Shown: positions 27,935 to 38,114 of the stretch, piece by piece
How the letters are laid out: each line of letters opens with the position of its first letter
Position numbering within the stretch: position 1 is the first letter of the stretch
Origin: Armatimonadota bacterium
GTDB taxonomy: Bacteria > Armatimonadota > SYMT01
NCBI GenBank assembly: GCA_041690135.1
Contig: JAWLHY010000015.1
Location: forward strand, 128,001 to 192,000
Direction of reading: 5' to 3'
Length of the DNA stretch: 64,000 nt
The notes under the pieces: generated by a model
Told to the model about the DNA's origin: nothing
The model's database searches: none
The model's input: only the letters and a program-made list of their open reading frames with translations
Position numbers and translations under genes: made by a program

Positions 27935-28648
27935 CTATCTCGTGGCCTGGACTCGCTCCTGGGCACGCTCCACGCGAGCGGCGGAGCTGGGGTGGGTCTG
28001 CAGCCAGCTAATGCCGTTGGCCCCACCGCTCAGGCGGTTCAGGAGTTGGAGCAACCGGACCATTCCCTGCGGATCGTAGCCCGTGCGCCGCATCAGCGCG
28101 ATTGCGTCGTCGTCCGCCTCATATTCCTGGCGACGACCGTAGGACAGGAGTTGGATGTTCGCGGCCACCCGACCCGCCGCGCCCACATCGCCTCCGGCGG
28201 CCTGCTCCAGTACGGCCGCGCCCAGGCCATAGATGGAGGAGCGTTCCATCTGCCGGGCCGAGTGCCGGTTGGCCACGTGCGCTACCTCATGGGCCAGCAC
28301 GCCGGCCAGCATGTCCTCGTCCCCTCCGATCCGCTGGAGCATGCCCTCATAGATGTAGATCGGCCCGCCCGGCAGCGCCATGGCGTTGATCTCCGGCCGG
28401 TCGATCACCTTGAAGCTCCAGGGCAGGTTCGGACGGGAGCTGGCGGCCGCCAGGCGCTGGCCGATACGGCTCACGGCCGGGTCGTTGTAGGTTCGGTACT
28501 GGCGCTCGATCGCCGCCGCCGTCTGCTGTCCGGCGCGGATCTCTTCACTCTCGCTGACGTCCGTGGCGCCGCAGCCGGCCATCAGCGTCAGGGTTCCCGA
28601 AAGCAGCAGGACGCCTGCCGCGGCTCGGAATGCGCAAACCATCTTCAC
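27935..28648 (-). CDS. M48-family zinc metallopeptidase lipoprotein
   Basis: Lipobox MAGC; INAMALPGG, HEVAH, QEYEAD, THP. Confidence 0.92.
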   Translation of the reverse strand: MKMVCAFRAAAGVLLLSGTLTLMAGCGATDVSESEEIRAGQQTAAAIERQYRTYNDPAVSRIGQRLAAASSRPNLPWSFKVIDRPEINAMALPGGPIYIYEGMLQRIGGDEDMLAGVLAHEVAHVANRHSARQMERSSIYGLGAAVLEQAAGGDVGAAGRVAANIQLLSYGRRQEYEADDDAIALMRRTGYDPQGMVRLLQLLNRLSGGANGISWLQTHPSSAARVERAQERVQATR

Positions 28649-28667
28649 CTCCGTAGTTGTTCCGGAG

Positions 28668-29945
28668 TCAGCGCCGGGGCCGGCGACGGACCGCCTGCTT
28701 TACGGCACGCTCCGCAGTTCGTTCCACCTGGTTCAACAGCGGGAAGAGACGGCCCGGCCCTGATTCTCGCCACAACTGCACGCGGTGATTGATCCGGTCC
28801 GTGGCTCCCCAGAGATACTTGTAGGGTTCGTTCCCGCGCAGGAAGTCGAACTCGACCGCGCCCTGGGCGGCTGCCGCTTCGATGGCGAAGCCGATGAGCA
28901 GCGTTCCGGGGCTGGCGTGCGACAGCTCGGGGTCGAACCCCCCGCCGTAGTAGTACCCCCGGCGCCGGCAGACGAAACAGTAGAGCGCTCCGTGCACCGC
29001 CCCTCGCAGGTATAATCCGTGGAGGTGCAGCCAGCCGCGCCGCTGGAAAGCCGCCGCTGCCTCCGCGTGGAAGGCGCGCACCCGGCGCCCGCCGAACACG
29101 CCCGGCAGGCCTCGCTTGCGCCAGCGGGTACCGTGAAGGCGGAACATCTCCGTGAGGAGGGGGAGGACCTGGTCGGGCCCGGCGGTTTCCAGGCGCAGCT
29201 CCCCCAACCGCTCCGCCCGGCGCCGGTAATAGCGCAGGTTGGAGCGCATCTTCCCCGGCACGAAGGCAAGTGCCTCCCCCGGTGAAGGCTCGAGTGAGAG
29301 AACCGGGCAGACTTCCTGGGCAATCACGGAAGTCTCATGCCAGGGGAGGCCCGCGTGCGGTTGCATTGACAGCTGCGGTGCGCCGGGTAACCTCACCCCC
29401 CTCGCCCCTCTCTCCGACGCAGAGAGGGGGAGCTCACGCGCAAGGCCAGGTAGCGAAACCAGTTCAGCGTTGACGCAAACACGCTCCTGTCCAGGATTGC
29501 TCGCACACGTGGGGGCGAGGTCTCTCTGGGCTCCATAACTATCAACGGTTCCTCCGTGCAGCGTAGATCCTTCTCGAACTTGCTGGAAGTCGCAGAAGTC
29601 CCAATCGTTACGCCGGGCTTCGAGGTATTCCCAGAAGGGAAGAGGGGAGGTGCCGGGCCGGAGGAGCCAGTCCAGGTAGTCTGAGTTTCCGGTCCCCAGC
29701 AGGGACACGCCCCGGAGCGGCAGGCCGTAGTAGTGATGCCGGAAGAGCGGCGCCAGGCCGCACAGCTCTTTCCCTTCGTAGAGGGCCAGAGCCCAGAGGC
29801 TTCCTCTTCCCAGGTGGCGCCACCAGGGGATCAGCCAATCGGGGGACTGGAAGGGCGTCGCGGAGGGGCACTCTTCCCACAGGCGGTCCCACTCCGGCCG
29901 GAGTGCCTCCAACTCCGCCGGGGTGGTGATCTGCTTCAAATGCAT
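28668..29945 (-). CDS. GNAT acetyltransferase, CelD/BcsL type, with internal insertion
   Basis: TPFQSPDWLIPWW, GLAPL, SDYLD, SPGTLL, FDFLRGNEPYKYLWG. Confidence 0.85.
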   Translation of the reverse strand: MHLKQITTPAELEALRPEWDRLWEECPSATPFQSPDWLIPWWRHLGRGSLWALALYEGKELCGLAPLFRHHYYGLPLRGVSLLGTGNSDYLDWLLRPGTSPLPFWEYLEARRNDWDFCDFQQVREGSTLHGGTVDSYGAQRDLAPTCASNPGQERVCVNAELVSLPGLARELPLSASERGARGVRLPGAPQLSMQPHAGLPWHETSVIAQEVCPVLSLEPSPGEALAFVPGKMRSNLRYYRRRAERLGELRLETAGPDQVLPLLTEMFRLHGTRWRKRGLPGVFGGRRVRAFHAEAAAAFQRRGWLHLHGLYLRGAVHGALYCFVCRRRGYYYGGGFDPELSHASPGTLLIGFAIEAAAAQGAVEFDFLRGNEPYKYLWGATDRINHRVQLWRESGPGRLFPLLNQVERTAERAVKQAVRRRPRR

Positions 29946-30916
29946 TCCGATAGGAACGTAGCGCCGAGGACACCGGCATCTTTGCGGAAGTGGGCGGGGA
30001 GCACGGGCACGCGCTGGTAGCCCTTGATGGCGTAGGCGTCGACGGTGGCCTGGATTGTCTTAAAGAGGAGGGGGTTATCCTGGGCGGTACCGCCACCGAC
30101 CAGGACTTTCTCCGGCGCCAGGATCTTCACCAGGTTGGCGATGCCGATCCCGACCCAGCGGCCCGTCTCTGATATCACCGCACGCGAGGCTTTGTCACCG
30201 ACTTCGGCGGCGGCGACCACCGCGCGAAAGTCGAAGTTGCCCGGCTCGAGCGCCTCGCCCAAGCGGGCCAGTGCCGAATCCGGATGGCATTGGACCAGGT
30301 CGCGGGCTCGGGCGGCGATCCCGTCGCGACCCGCCAGGCTCTGCCAGCAGCCGTTCAGGCCGCAGTGGCAGTGAACCGGTCCTTCAACGGCGCCCACGAT
30401 CTGGTGACCGACCTTGCCGACCCGACCCCGCGCGCCGGTGACGAGGCGGCCATCCAGCACGATCCCGCCGCCGATCCCGGTGCCGAGCGTGATCATCGCC
30501 AGGTCGCGGCAGCCCCGACCGGCGCCCGCGCGCAGTTCCGCGAGGGTGGCGGTGAGGCCGTCGTTCAGGATCGTCGCCGGGACCTGAAACCGCTCCCGAA
30601 GTGCGGAAGCCAGCGGAAAGGCCTCCAGGCCGGGGAAGCGCTTCATGGAGTAGCAGATCCCGTCCCGGAAATCGATGTCGCCGGTGATCCCCATGCCGAT
30701 TCCGCACAGCCGGGGTGGGGAACCAGGGCAGCGCGCCAGCAGCCAGTCGGCCATCTCCGCCAGCCGGTCCAGGATCTCGCCGGCCTCCCAGCTTCCGGAG
30801 GAGGGAATGCTCGCGACCGCGAGGAGCGTCTCCTCACCCGACCGGCGCAGGCCGGCGCGAAAGTTGGTACCGCCCAGGTCGGCGCCCAGATATACGCAAG
30901 TTCGATCGGCTGGCAC
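29936..30916 (-). CDS. ROK family sugar kinase
   Basis: GADLGGT, LNDG, ITLGTGIGGG, GH...CHCGLNGCW. Confidence 0.9.
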   Translation of the reverse strand: MPADRTCVYLGADLGGTNFRAGLRRSGEETLLAVASIPSSGSWEAGEILDRLAEMADWLLARCPGSPPRLCGIGMGITGDIDFRDGICYSMKRFPGLEAFPLASALRERFQVPATILNDGLTATLAELRAGAGRGCRDLAMITLGTGIGGGIVLDGRLVTGARGRVGKVGHQIVGAVEGPVHCHCGLNGCWQSLAGRDGIAARARDLVQCHPDSALARLGEALEPGNFDFRAVVAAAEVGDKASRAVISETGRWVGIGIANLVKILAPEKVLVGGGTAQDNPLLFKTIQATVDAYAIKGYQRVPVLPAHFRKDAGVLGATFLSECI

Positions 30917-30918
30917 GG

Positions 30919-32307
30919 TTACAGGAGACGCCGCAGGACTTCGCCTTCCGCGATCGGGAAGGGACGCGCGACGCGGTCCATGATTTCCGTGTGCGGGTCG
31001 ACGCCAAGGCAGTGGAAGAGCGTGGCAGCGAGATCGCCAGGCGATACGGGATCACTGGCGGGATAAGCGCCGTCCGGAGTGCTGGAGCCGTACACCTGTC
31101 CGCCGCGGATACCGCCACCGGCCAGGAGCACACTGAACACCTGCGGCCAGTGGTCGCGACCCCCGTTCGGGTTGAAGCGGGGAGTGCGCCCGAACTCCCC
31201 GGTCACCACTACCAGCGTTTCGTCCAGCAGGCCGCGGTCGTGGAGATCCGCGAGCAGCGAGGAGACGGCGCGGTCGGTGGGAGGCAGCAACTCATCCTGG
31301 CACCAGGGCAGGTGGCGGCTGTGGGTGTCCCAGCCCTGGCCCCCGGCGCCGCTGTCGTGGCGGACCCAGTTCACGGCCACCAGGCGGACCCCGGCCTCTA
31401 CCAGACGGCGTGCCATCAGCACGCTTTGCCCGAAGATGTGCCGCCCGTACCGTTCCCGCGTGGCCGGCGATTCCTGGTCCAGGTCGAAGGCTCGAGCCGC
31501 CTCACCGCCCGTGAGGATATCGAAGGCCTGGGCGTAGTTCGGCTGGAGACCGATGCCCGCACCGGGTTCCTCTTCCAGGCGGAGGCGCAGGTTCGCCTGC
31601 TCCAGCAGCGCGCGGCGGCGGGTCAAGCGGCCTTCCGTCATACCCTCGATAACTCGCAGCTCTCCGGAGGAGAAATCGGCCTTGTAGGGGTCTCCGTTCA
31701 CGACCATCGGGTCGTACGCCGAGCCGAGGAACCCGGCGTGCTGGCCGGCGCGGATGGGACCGTTCGGGTTCATCTGCTCCGGCAGGGTCACAAAAGTTGG
31801 GAGCCCTCGCGATTCCGAGGGGCGCAGCAGCGTCAGGACCGACCCGTAATGGGGATGATCTTCCCGCGACATCGCGGCCGCCCGGGCAGGGGCTCGCGGG
31901 TACTTCCGACCCGTGATCATCCAGTAGCAGCCCGCCGGGTGCCCTGCGTCCTTATGGTTCATGGAGCGGATCAGCGCGTACTTGTCCGCATGTTTCGCGA
32001 GGAGGGGGAGGTGCTCGGAAATCTCGATGCCGGAAACGTTGGTCCGGATCGGCTTGAAGGTCCCGCGGTATTCCTGCGGCGCCTCCGGCTTCGGATCGAA
32101 CGTTTCGTACTGGCTCGCGCCTCCGGAAAGGAACAGGAGGATGCACGACTTTGCCCGGCCCACGGTCCCGCCAGCGGCGGCGGACGGTTTCGCCTGCAGC
32201 AGTAGCGGCAGCGAGAGACCGAACCCGGCCTCGCCGAACCGGACCAGCATTTCCCGGCGCGTCGCGCGACCCGGTTTCACATTCCTGGAGCAGCCTGTCA
32301 GCATCAT
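30919..32307 (-). CDS. DUF1501 family protein (Tat-like N-terminus)
   Basis: TRREML; LFLSGGASQYETFDPKP; RRLVEAGVR; WDTH; GEFGRTP; GRDHW. Confidence 0.92.
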   Translation of the reverse strand: MMLTGCSRNVKPGRATRREMLVRFGEAGFGLSLPLLLQAKPSAAAGGTVGRAKSCILLFLSGGASQYETFDPKPEAPQEYRGTFKPIRTNVSGIEISEHLPLLAKHADKYALIRSMNHKDAGHPAGCYWMITGRKYPRAPARAAAMSREDHPHYGSVLTLLRPSESRGLPTFVTLPEQMNPNGPIRAGQHAGFLGSAYDPMVVNGDPYKADFSSGELRVIEGMTEGRLTRRRALLEQANLRLRLEEEPGAGIGLQPNYAQAFDILTGGEAARAFDLDQESPATRERYGRHIFGQSVLMARRLVEAGVRLVAVNWVRHDSGAGGQGWDTHSRHLPWCQDELLPPTDRAVSSLLADLHDRGLLDETLVVVTGEFGRTPRFNPNGGRDHWPQVFSVLLAGGGIRGGQVYGSSTPDGAYPASDPVSPGDLAATLFHCLGVDPHTEIMDRVARPFPIAEGEVLRRLL

Positions 32308-32375
32308 GGTTCTCCAAAACTCGCTACGATCTATGGAGTACCGGCAGCCGCGGAAGTTACGGGTGGAATGACAGG

Positions 32376-32680
32376 CTGAGGATAAGGATAAGGAGTTCCG
32401 GTTCAGGATAAGTTCCCTGACCGAGGGGCGGGATGATTATGAAGGGGGTGAGGATAAGGATAAGGAGTTCCGAGTAAGGGCGAGTGCCCTGACCATTGGG
32501 GGGCCTGCCCTAGCCCTACGCTTCGCCGGGTGTACTTCGCCGGGTAGACTCGCGTCGGGTGATGGGGTGCAGGCGCAGGAAGGCCATGCTTCGGCGCTGC
32601 GGCGGTGGGGAGCGGTTTGGCGCGAGGCTGCCACGTCCGTGTAAGAACAGCTCCCCTGACCAGGGGGCCTGCCGCGTCGG
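32376..32680 (+). repeat. Family B repeat units
   Basis: ccctgacc at 32415, 32487, 32654 with aggataaggagttcc; ends like the 16.5-kb array (gggggcYtgccgcgtcg). Confidence 0.75.
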
Positions 32681-32808
32681 GTAATGGGGTGCAGTTACAA
32701 GGCGGCTGTGCTCCGGCATTGGGACGGTGGAGGTCTGAGAAGCCGACTGGGTTCTACCTCTCCTCGCAGAGACACCGCTTAGCTCATCGAACCCGAAGAC
32801 GTCTTCGC

Positions 32809-32911
32809 GTCATTGCGAGACCGGCTGTGTCGATCCGTCTGCGAAGGCTGCCCACTTGATTACAGCACGGTATCACACGGACGCCGCCGCAAAGCCGGTC
32901 GTGGCAATCCC
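32809..32911 (+). repeat. GTCATTGCGAG...GTGGCAATC palindromic element
   Basis: gtcattgcgagaccggc...gccggtcgtggcaatcc; reverse half ctcgcaatgac at 16611. Confidence 0.5.
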
Positions 32912-33197
32912 CCTGGTAAGTGGACTTGGCGGTTGAACACGGGTCTTGCTGCCCCATACGCAGACGCCACTCCTGAGTCCCGAGCGTTATGGAGTTGCTG
33001 CCGCTCGTCCTCTGTATTTGCACTCGTCCGGCCGCGTGCCCCTTCATTCCCTACTGGCCCTCTCCCACCGTGTGGAGTCCCGTATGCCGCTTCACTGGCA
33101 TCCGTTCGGCTTCCGTCATCAGAGAAACGCAAAGTCTCCAGGTGGATAAGGGATGCCTGTTTAGGGTACGCTTTCTAAGCGAAGGAAGCTGTAAGCG

Positions 33198-35012
33198 GTG
33201 GGAGGTCGGGCCACGGTGGGTAGACTTCAACGGATTTCCGGGACCAAACGCGCCTTGACGGGCGCCCTGACGCTCGCGGCGCTGACCGGGATTGGGCTCA
33301 CTCCTCACCTTTCCTCCGCGGTGGCCGATCAGGTGCTCCCCAAGCCGTCGCTTCCCTCCGCCACCCGGGGGCCGCTGGCTATCGCCTTTACCCCCGGCGG
33401 CGAGCGCGCCGTGGTGACGGAGGGGGACGAGGGAACCGTCGCCCTGGTGGACACCCGCTCCGGGCAGGTAACGGGACGCATCCCCACGGGCGGCGAGCAG
33501 CCCTGGGGGATCGCCGTCGCTTCGAACGAGACCGCCGTCGTCGCCAACACGTTTTCGGGCTCGGTCGCCCTTCTGGACCTCCAGAAGCAGGAACGCCGGC
33601 ATCTCGTGCCGCTACGCGGCGAACCCACGGAAGTGGTTCTCGACAAGAAGCGAGAGCGCGCTTTCGTTTCCCTGGCCCAGTTAGACCAGGTGGCGGTGCT
33701 GGAGCTACCCACCCTGCGCGAGCTCAAGCGGGTCTCCGTGGGACGTCGCCCCCGCGCGATGGCCTTGACCCCCGACGGTTCGACCCTGCTCGTCGCCAAC
33801 TTGCAGGGGGGCGATGTCAGCCTGGTGGATACGGCCGGACTCCAGGAGACCCGCCGGATTGCGGTAACAGGGATCAACCTGCGCGGCATCGGCGTCACCG
33901 ACGACGGAATGCGGGCCTACGTCACGGGCCAGATTGCGGCCAACACCCGCGTGACCCGCGAGACGCTGGACATCTGGACCAATACCGTCTTCTCCCTCGA
34001 TTTGCGTCCGGATGCCCGCTCCGACAGCGCGGAGGGCTGGATCGACTTCAGCCTGGCCTCTTCCCCGGATCCGGACGGCATCGTGGTGCTCGGCAAAGAG
34101 AAGGTCGCGGTCGCCCTCTCGGGTTCCGACCAGGCCCTGCTGGTACGCACGCCCGGCCCGCACCTCCGCAGCTACGATCCGGTCATCGAGCGGCGGGCAA
34201 CGGTGGGAGCGCGGCCCCGCGGAATCGTCGCCACACCGGACCGGAAACAACTCTGGATCGCCAACCAACTTGACAGCACGATCTCGGTGCTGGATGCCGC
34301 CACCATGGCGCCCATCCGCCGCATTGCGTTGGGAATTCCGAAGCGGATGGATGCCCGCCTCAAGGGACGCTACCTCTTCGGCAACGCCTCCCTGACCGCC
34401 GGGCGACAGTTTAGCTGCAACTCCTGCCATCCGGACGGAAACACCGACGGACTCGCCTGGGAGTTCATCCACGTACCGGACCGCTTCGAAAAGCGAAACA
34501 CCCGCAACCTGCGGGGCGGCATTGTCAACACCGCGCCCTTCCGGTGGTCCGGCCACAACAAGGACATCGAGGAATTCGTCCAGGAGGAGATCACCGGCCT
34601 GCTCAAGGGACCGCCCGCGGACCACGGCACCCTGCACGCCTTCTGGAACCTGGTGGGCCAGTTCCCGATGCCTCCCAACCCCTACCGCACGCTGGAAGGG
34701 GAACTCACCCCCCAGGCCAGACGCGGACAGGCACTGTTCACGGGAAAGGCGGGCTGCTCCAGTTGTCACACCGGGGAACTGTACGGCGGCACCGGTCTAA
34801 CCGGCTGGGTCGGCACCACGGATGACCGTCTTGAGGTCGACGTGCCGCACCTGCACGGCGTTTACGATTCCGCGCCGTATCTCCACGACGGCCGGGCGAA
34901 GACCCTGGAGGAGATCTTCAGCCGGTACAATTCGGAACAGAAACACGGAAAGGCCCACGAACTCTCCCAGGAAGAGCTGGCGGACCTTCTGCGGTATGTG
35001 CGAGAGCTCTAG
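33198..35012 (+). CDS. YVTN/YncE beta-propeller fused to a di-heme cytochrome c (peroxidase-like) domain
   Basis: Propeller repeats; CNSCH and CSSCH; SAPYLHDGRAKTLEE; start uncertain. Confidence 0.85.
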   Translation: MGGRATVGRLQRISGTKRALTGALTLAALTGIGLTPHLSSAVADQVLPKPSLPSATRGPLAIAFTPGGERAVVTEGDEGTVALVDTRSGQVTGRIPTGGEQPWGIAVASNETAVVANTFSGSVALLDLQKQERRHLVPLRGEPTEVVLDKKRERAFVSLAQLDQVAVLELPTLRELKRVSVGRRPRAMALTPDGSTLLVANLQGGDVSLVDTAGLQETRRIAVTGINLRGIGVTDDGMRAYVTGQIAANTRVTRETLDIWTNTVFSLDLRPDARSDSAEGWIDFSLASSPDPDGIVVLGKEKVAVALSGSDQALLVRTPGPHLRSYDPVIERRATVGARPRGIVATPDRKQLWIANQLDSTISVLDAATMAPIRRIALGIPKRMDARLKGRYLFGNASLTAGRQFSCNSCHPDGNTDGLAWEFIHVPDRFEKRNTRNLRGGIVNTAPFRWSGHNKDIEEFVQEEITGLLKGPPADHGTLHAFWNLVGQFPMPPNPYRTLEGELTPQARRGQALFTGKAGCSSCHTGELYGGTGLTGWVGTTDDRLEVDVPHLHGVYDSAPYLHDGRAKTLEEIFSRYNSEQKHGKAHELSQEELADLLRYVREL

Positions 35013-35147
35013 ACGCTATTCGCCGGTCGCGTCTTCCGCGAGGAATAGGTGAGTGGAGGAATGGGGGAACGATCGCCATGGGCACCCCCATTCTTCCATT
35101 CTTCGCTGGACTCATTCGACCGGCCCCTCGGGGACCGGCGTGCCCCA

Positions 35148-35519
35148 CTAGCGGGCGATCAGCTTCGGGCGGATGACTTTCCCCCGCTGCACCTCGATCT
35201 CCAGGTCCGCGGGCGGCTTGAGATCGGTGATCCAGGGTCCGATGGTGGGCACATGGAGCTTGTAGCGTCCCGGCTCGACGTTGTCGATGTCGAACCGACC
35301 GCGCCGCATCCGATAGGTCTCGTGGTAGGTCATTCTCTTGCCAGCCAACGTGGAGAGAACGACGATCCCGTCGAGCCCATGCCCCGCGGGGGTGATGAGA
35401 TAACCATGAATATGCCCGCCCTTTTTAAATGCGGGTTCCAGTTTGGCCTCGGGCGTGGCCTGTGCGGCACCAACCGCCAGCACCGCCCCCAGCAACACAC
35501 CTGCTCCCAGGCGTCGCAT
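35148..35519 (-). CDS. Small secreted protein, carboxypeptidase-regulatory-like domain
   Basis: Signal peptide; GHIHGY...GRFDIDNVEPGRYKL. Confidence 0.65.
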   Translation of the reverse strand: MRRLGAGVLLGAVLAVGAAQATPEAKLEPAFKKGGHIHGYLITPAGHGLDGIVVLSTLAGKRMTYHETYRMRRGRFDIDNVEPGRYKLHVPTIGPWITDLKPPADLEIEVQRGKVIRPKLIAR

Positions 35520-35629
35520 GTTGTTCCTCCCTCTGCGACCCCTCCCCAATGGGACGCCGCAGCCTTATCCAGAAGCGATTCTGGCAGCGGGCGGCGGCGG
35601 ATCACTCCACCTTTTGGAGTATACCGGCC

Positions 35630-36565
35630 ATGAAATGGGCTGAAATCGAGCTAGAAGTGCATCCTTCCTTCACCGAAGCCGCGGAAGCCGTCCTGACGGA
35701 GGCCGGCTGCGCGGGCGTGGTGGTCCACGATCCGAACGCTGTCTCCAGCGATCCGTTTGCTGATTGGATCGTCCGGGACCAGGAGCCGCGGCCGCAACCC
35801 GATGCCCCGGCCGCGGTCCGGGGTTACCTCCCCGTCGACGACCGCCTGGAGGCGGCGCTGGAGGATATCCAGCACCGGCTCACGCTCCTGCGAGAGGCCG
35901 ATCTCGACGTGAATGAGGAGATCACCCTGCGCACGGTCGACGATGCCGCCTGGGCCGATGCCTGGAAGACCTACTTCAAGCCCCAGCGCATCGGGCAGCA
36001 TTTCGTGGTCAAGCCGACCTGGGAAGCCTGGGAGGGGCAGCCGGAGGACCGGATCATCGAGATCGATCCGGGAATGGCGTTCGGCTCCGGATCGCACCCA
36101 ACCACGCGACTCTGCCTGACGGTGTTGGAAGAAGTGGTACAGCCCGGCCAGCGAATCCTGGACTGGGGGACCGGCAGCGGCATCCTGGCGATCGGCGCCG
36201 CCCGGCTGGGCGCCGCCGAGATCACCGCCGTCGACCTGGACCCGGTAGCGGTGAAAGTTACCCGGGAGAACATCGCGCAGAATAGGCTCGAGGCCGTCAT
36301 CCAGGCAGCGGAGGGGAGCATCGAAGCCGTAGCCGCCGAACCGCCCTACGACCTGGTGATCGCCAATATCGTGGCCGATCCGATCATCGCCGGCGCGCCG
36401 GAGATCTACCGCCACCTTCGCCCCGGCGGCCAGGCGGTCGTGAGCGGCATTATCGACCGGCGTGAGGCGGAGGTCACGGCGGCACTGGAGGCGGCGGGGC
36501 TTCGGCTACAGGACGTGGCCCGGGAAGAGGACTGGAGAGCACTGTTGCTGGAACGGCCTGAATGA
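35630..36565 (+). CDS. prmA: Ribosomal protein L11 methyltransferase
   Basis: WADAWKTYFKP, IDPGMAFGSGSHPTT, LDWGTGSGILAI, ANI. Confidence 0.95.
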   Translation: MKWAEIELEVHPSFTEAAEAVLTEAGCAGVVVHDPNAVSSDPFADWIVRDQEPRPQPDAPAAVRGYLPVDDRLEAALEDIQHRLTLLREADLDVNEEITLRTVDDAAWADAWKTYFKPQRIGQHFVVKPTWEAWEGQPEDRIIEIDPGMAFGSGSHPTTRLCLTVLEEVVQPGQRILDWGTGSGILAIGAARLGAAEITAVDLDPVAVKVTRENIAQNRLEAVIQAAEGSIEAVAAEPPYDLVIANIVADPIIAGAPEIYRHLRPGGQAVVSGIIDRREAEVTAALEAAGLRLQDVAREEDWRALLLERPE

Positions 36566-36683
36566 GAGGATAGGGGTCGGGGCGCTCGGCGGTCGCCTGG
36601 TGACACCGGCCTGCAGGGGGGGTGAGATCAGGGGGACGTAGCCAGCGCTTTTGCGCCGTGTGGCGGAACAGGTTCGGGGGCAA

Positions 36684-37138
36684 GGTCGCAAGGAGATCCT
36701 TCACTGCGTTCAGGGTGACGGACTCCTTTGGCAGGTTCCGTATGGCAGAGCGGGAGGCCGGGGGCCTGATCGCCAGCCGCCGATGCAATCGGCGAGTCCA
36801 CACTGAAGCCTACGGCGGTTGCTGAGTTGGCATGACGGGAGGCGGGAACGGCGGTCGCAAAGAGATCCTTCACTCCGTTCAGGATGACGGACTCCCGGGG
36901 CAGGTTCTGTATGGCAGAGCGGGAGGCCGGGGGCCTGATCGCCAGCCGCCTATGCAATCGGCGACTCCACACAAGGGCCCTACGCGACTGCTGGTCTGGC
37001 GCAACGGGAGGCTGGAACGGCGGTCGCGAGGAGACCCTTCACCGCGCTCAGGGTGACACACCCGCGCCTGGGGCCGGCCTGCAGGACGGGTCCTAGCCCA
37101 GGGTCGCGAGGAGACCCTTCACTCCGTTCAGGATGACG
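36684..37138. repeat. BIME-like array alternating two REP types, 169-bp period
   Basis: ggtcgc..(g/a)gagaYccttcac...gYtcaggRtgac at 36684, 36853, 37022, about 37102; cgccKatgcaatcggcgaStccacac between them. Confidence 0.85.
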
Positions 37139-37163
37139 TACCCCGCGCGGTGCGGTCGGCGGA

Positions 37164-38114
37164 TCAGTAATCCATCGCCAGGCAGGCGGCGCCGACAATG
37201 CCTACCTCCGGGCCGAGGGCGGCGGGGACAATCCGGGTGGGTCGCGTCAGGCTGGGCATGCAGCGAGCCGCGACCTGCCGCCGCAACGGTTCGAAGAGGA
37301 GATCCGCCGCGCCCGTGGCGACCCCACCGCCCAGGATCACCACCTCCGGGTCGAGGAGGTTGATGACGTTGGAGATCCCGGCCCCCAGGTAGATGACCGT
37401 TTCTCTCCACACGCGCCCAGCCACGCGGTCGACTTCGCGCAACCGGTCCACGAGCCATTCGGACGTGATCGCATCGGGGTCGGGACAATTGTCGCCACCG
37501 GCTTCCGCGTAGGCGAGGCGAGCGCGGGCCGCAATCCCGCGTCCGGAGGCCAGGGCTTCCAGGCATCCGTAGCCGCCGCAGTCACAGGGAGGTCCCCCAA
37601 ACGGGACGATGATCTGGTGGCCGAACTCTCCCGAGGTCCCCCCGGCGCCGCGGTACACCTGGCCGTCCACCACGACCCCGCCGCCGATGCCGGTGCTTAT
37701 GGTGATGTAAGCCACCACGGAAGCGCCCACCCCGGCCCCGAACCGCGCCTCCGCCAGGGCACAGGCGTTGGCGTCATTCTCTCCGGCGGCCGGACAACCG
37801 AACGTCTCCTCCAGCACCGGCTGGAGAGACACCTCGAGCAACTCGGGCAGGGTAGGAGCCGCCAGCATCAAGATTCCCTGGGGGTCCGCGGGTCCCGGCA
37901 GACCGATCCCCACCCCCGCCAGCGGCTCTCCCGGATGGCCGCCGGATTCGCTAATGGCACGCTGACCCAAGGCGAGGATGGCGGAAAGCGGATCCCCGCC
38001 GGCACGCAGTTCCGCGGTCGGGGCCCGCAGGTGCGAAAGTACCCGGCCGTCCTCGGTTACCACCCCGGCAGCGACTTTCGTCCCGCCGACATCGATCCCC
38101 AGGTAGCGCTTCAT
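37164..38114 (-). CDS. ROK family sugar kinase (glucokinase-like)
   Basis: GIDVGGTK, ENDANACALAE, STGIGGG, GEFGH, CDCGGYGCLE. Confidence 0.92.
   Translation of the reverse strand: MKRYLGIDVGGTKVAAGVVTEDGRVLSHLRAPTAELRAGGDPLSAILALGQRAISESGGHPGEPLAGVGIGLPGPADPQGILMLAAPTLPELLEVSLQPVLEETFGCPAAGENDANACALAEARFGAGVGASVVAYITISTGIGGGVVVDGQVYRGAGGTSGEFGHQIIVPFGGPPCDCGGYGCLEALASGRGIAARARLAYAEAGGDNCPDPDAITSEWLVDRLREVDRVAGRVWRETVIYLGAGISNVINLLDPEVVILGGGVATGAADLLFEPLRRQVAARCMPSLTRPTRIVPAALGPEVGIVGAACLAMDY

Noticed and set aside
32920-33190. Possible riboswitch or ncRNA upstream of the di-heme protein gene
   Set aside because: No recognisable aptamer core or terminator by eye; an Rfam scan would be needed
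36684-37138. CRISPR array (36-bp repeats at a fixed period)
   Set aside because: Repeats are degenerate and the 133-bp inter-repeat segments are homologous to each other, which fits REP/BIME better
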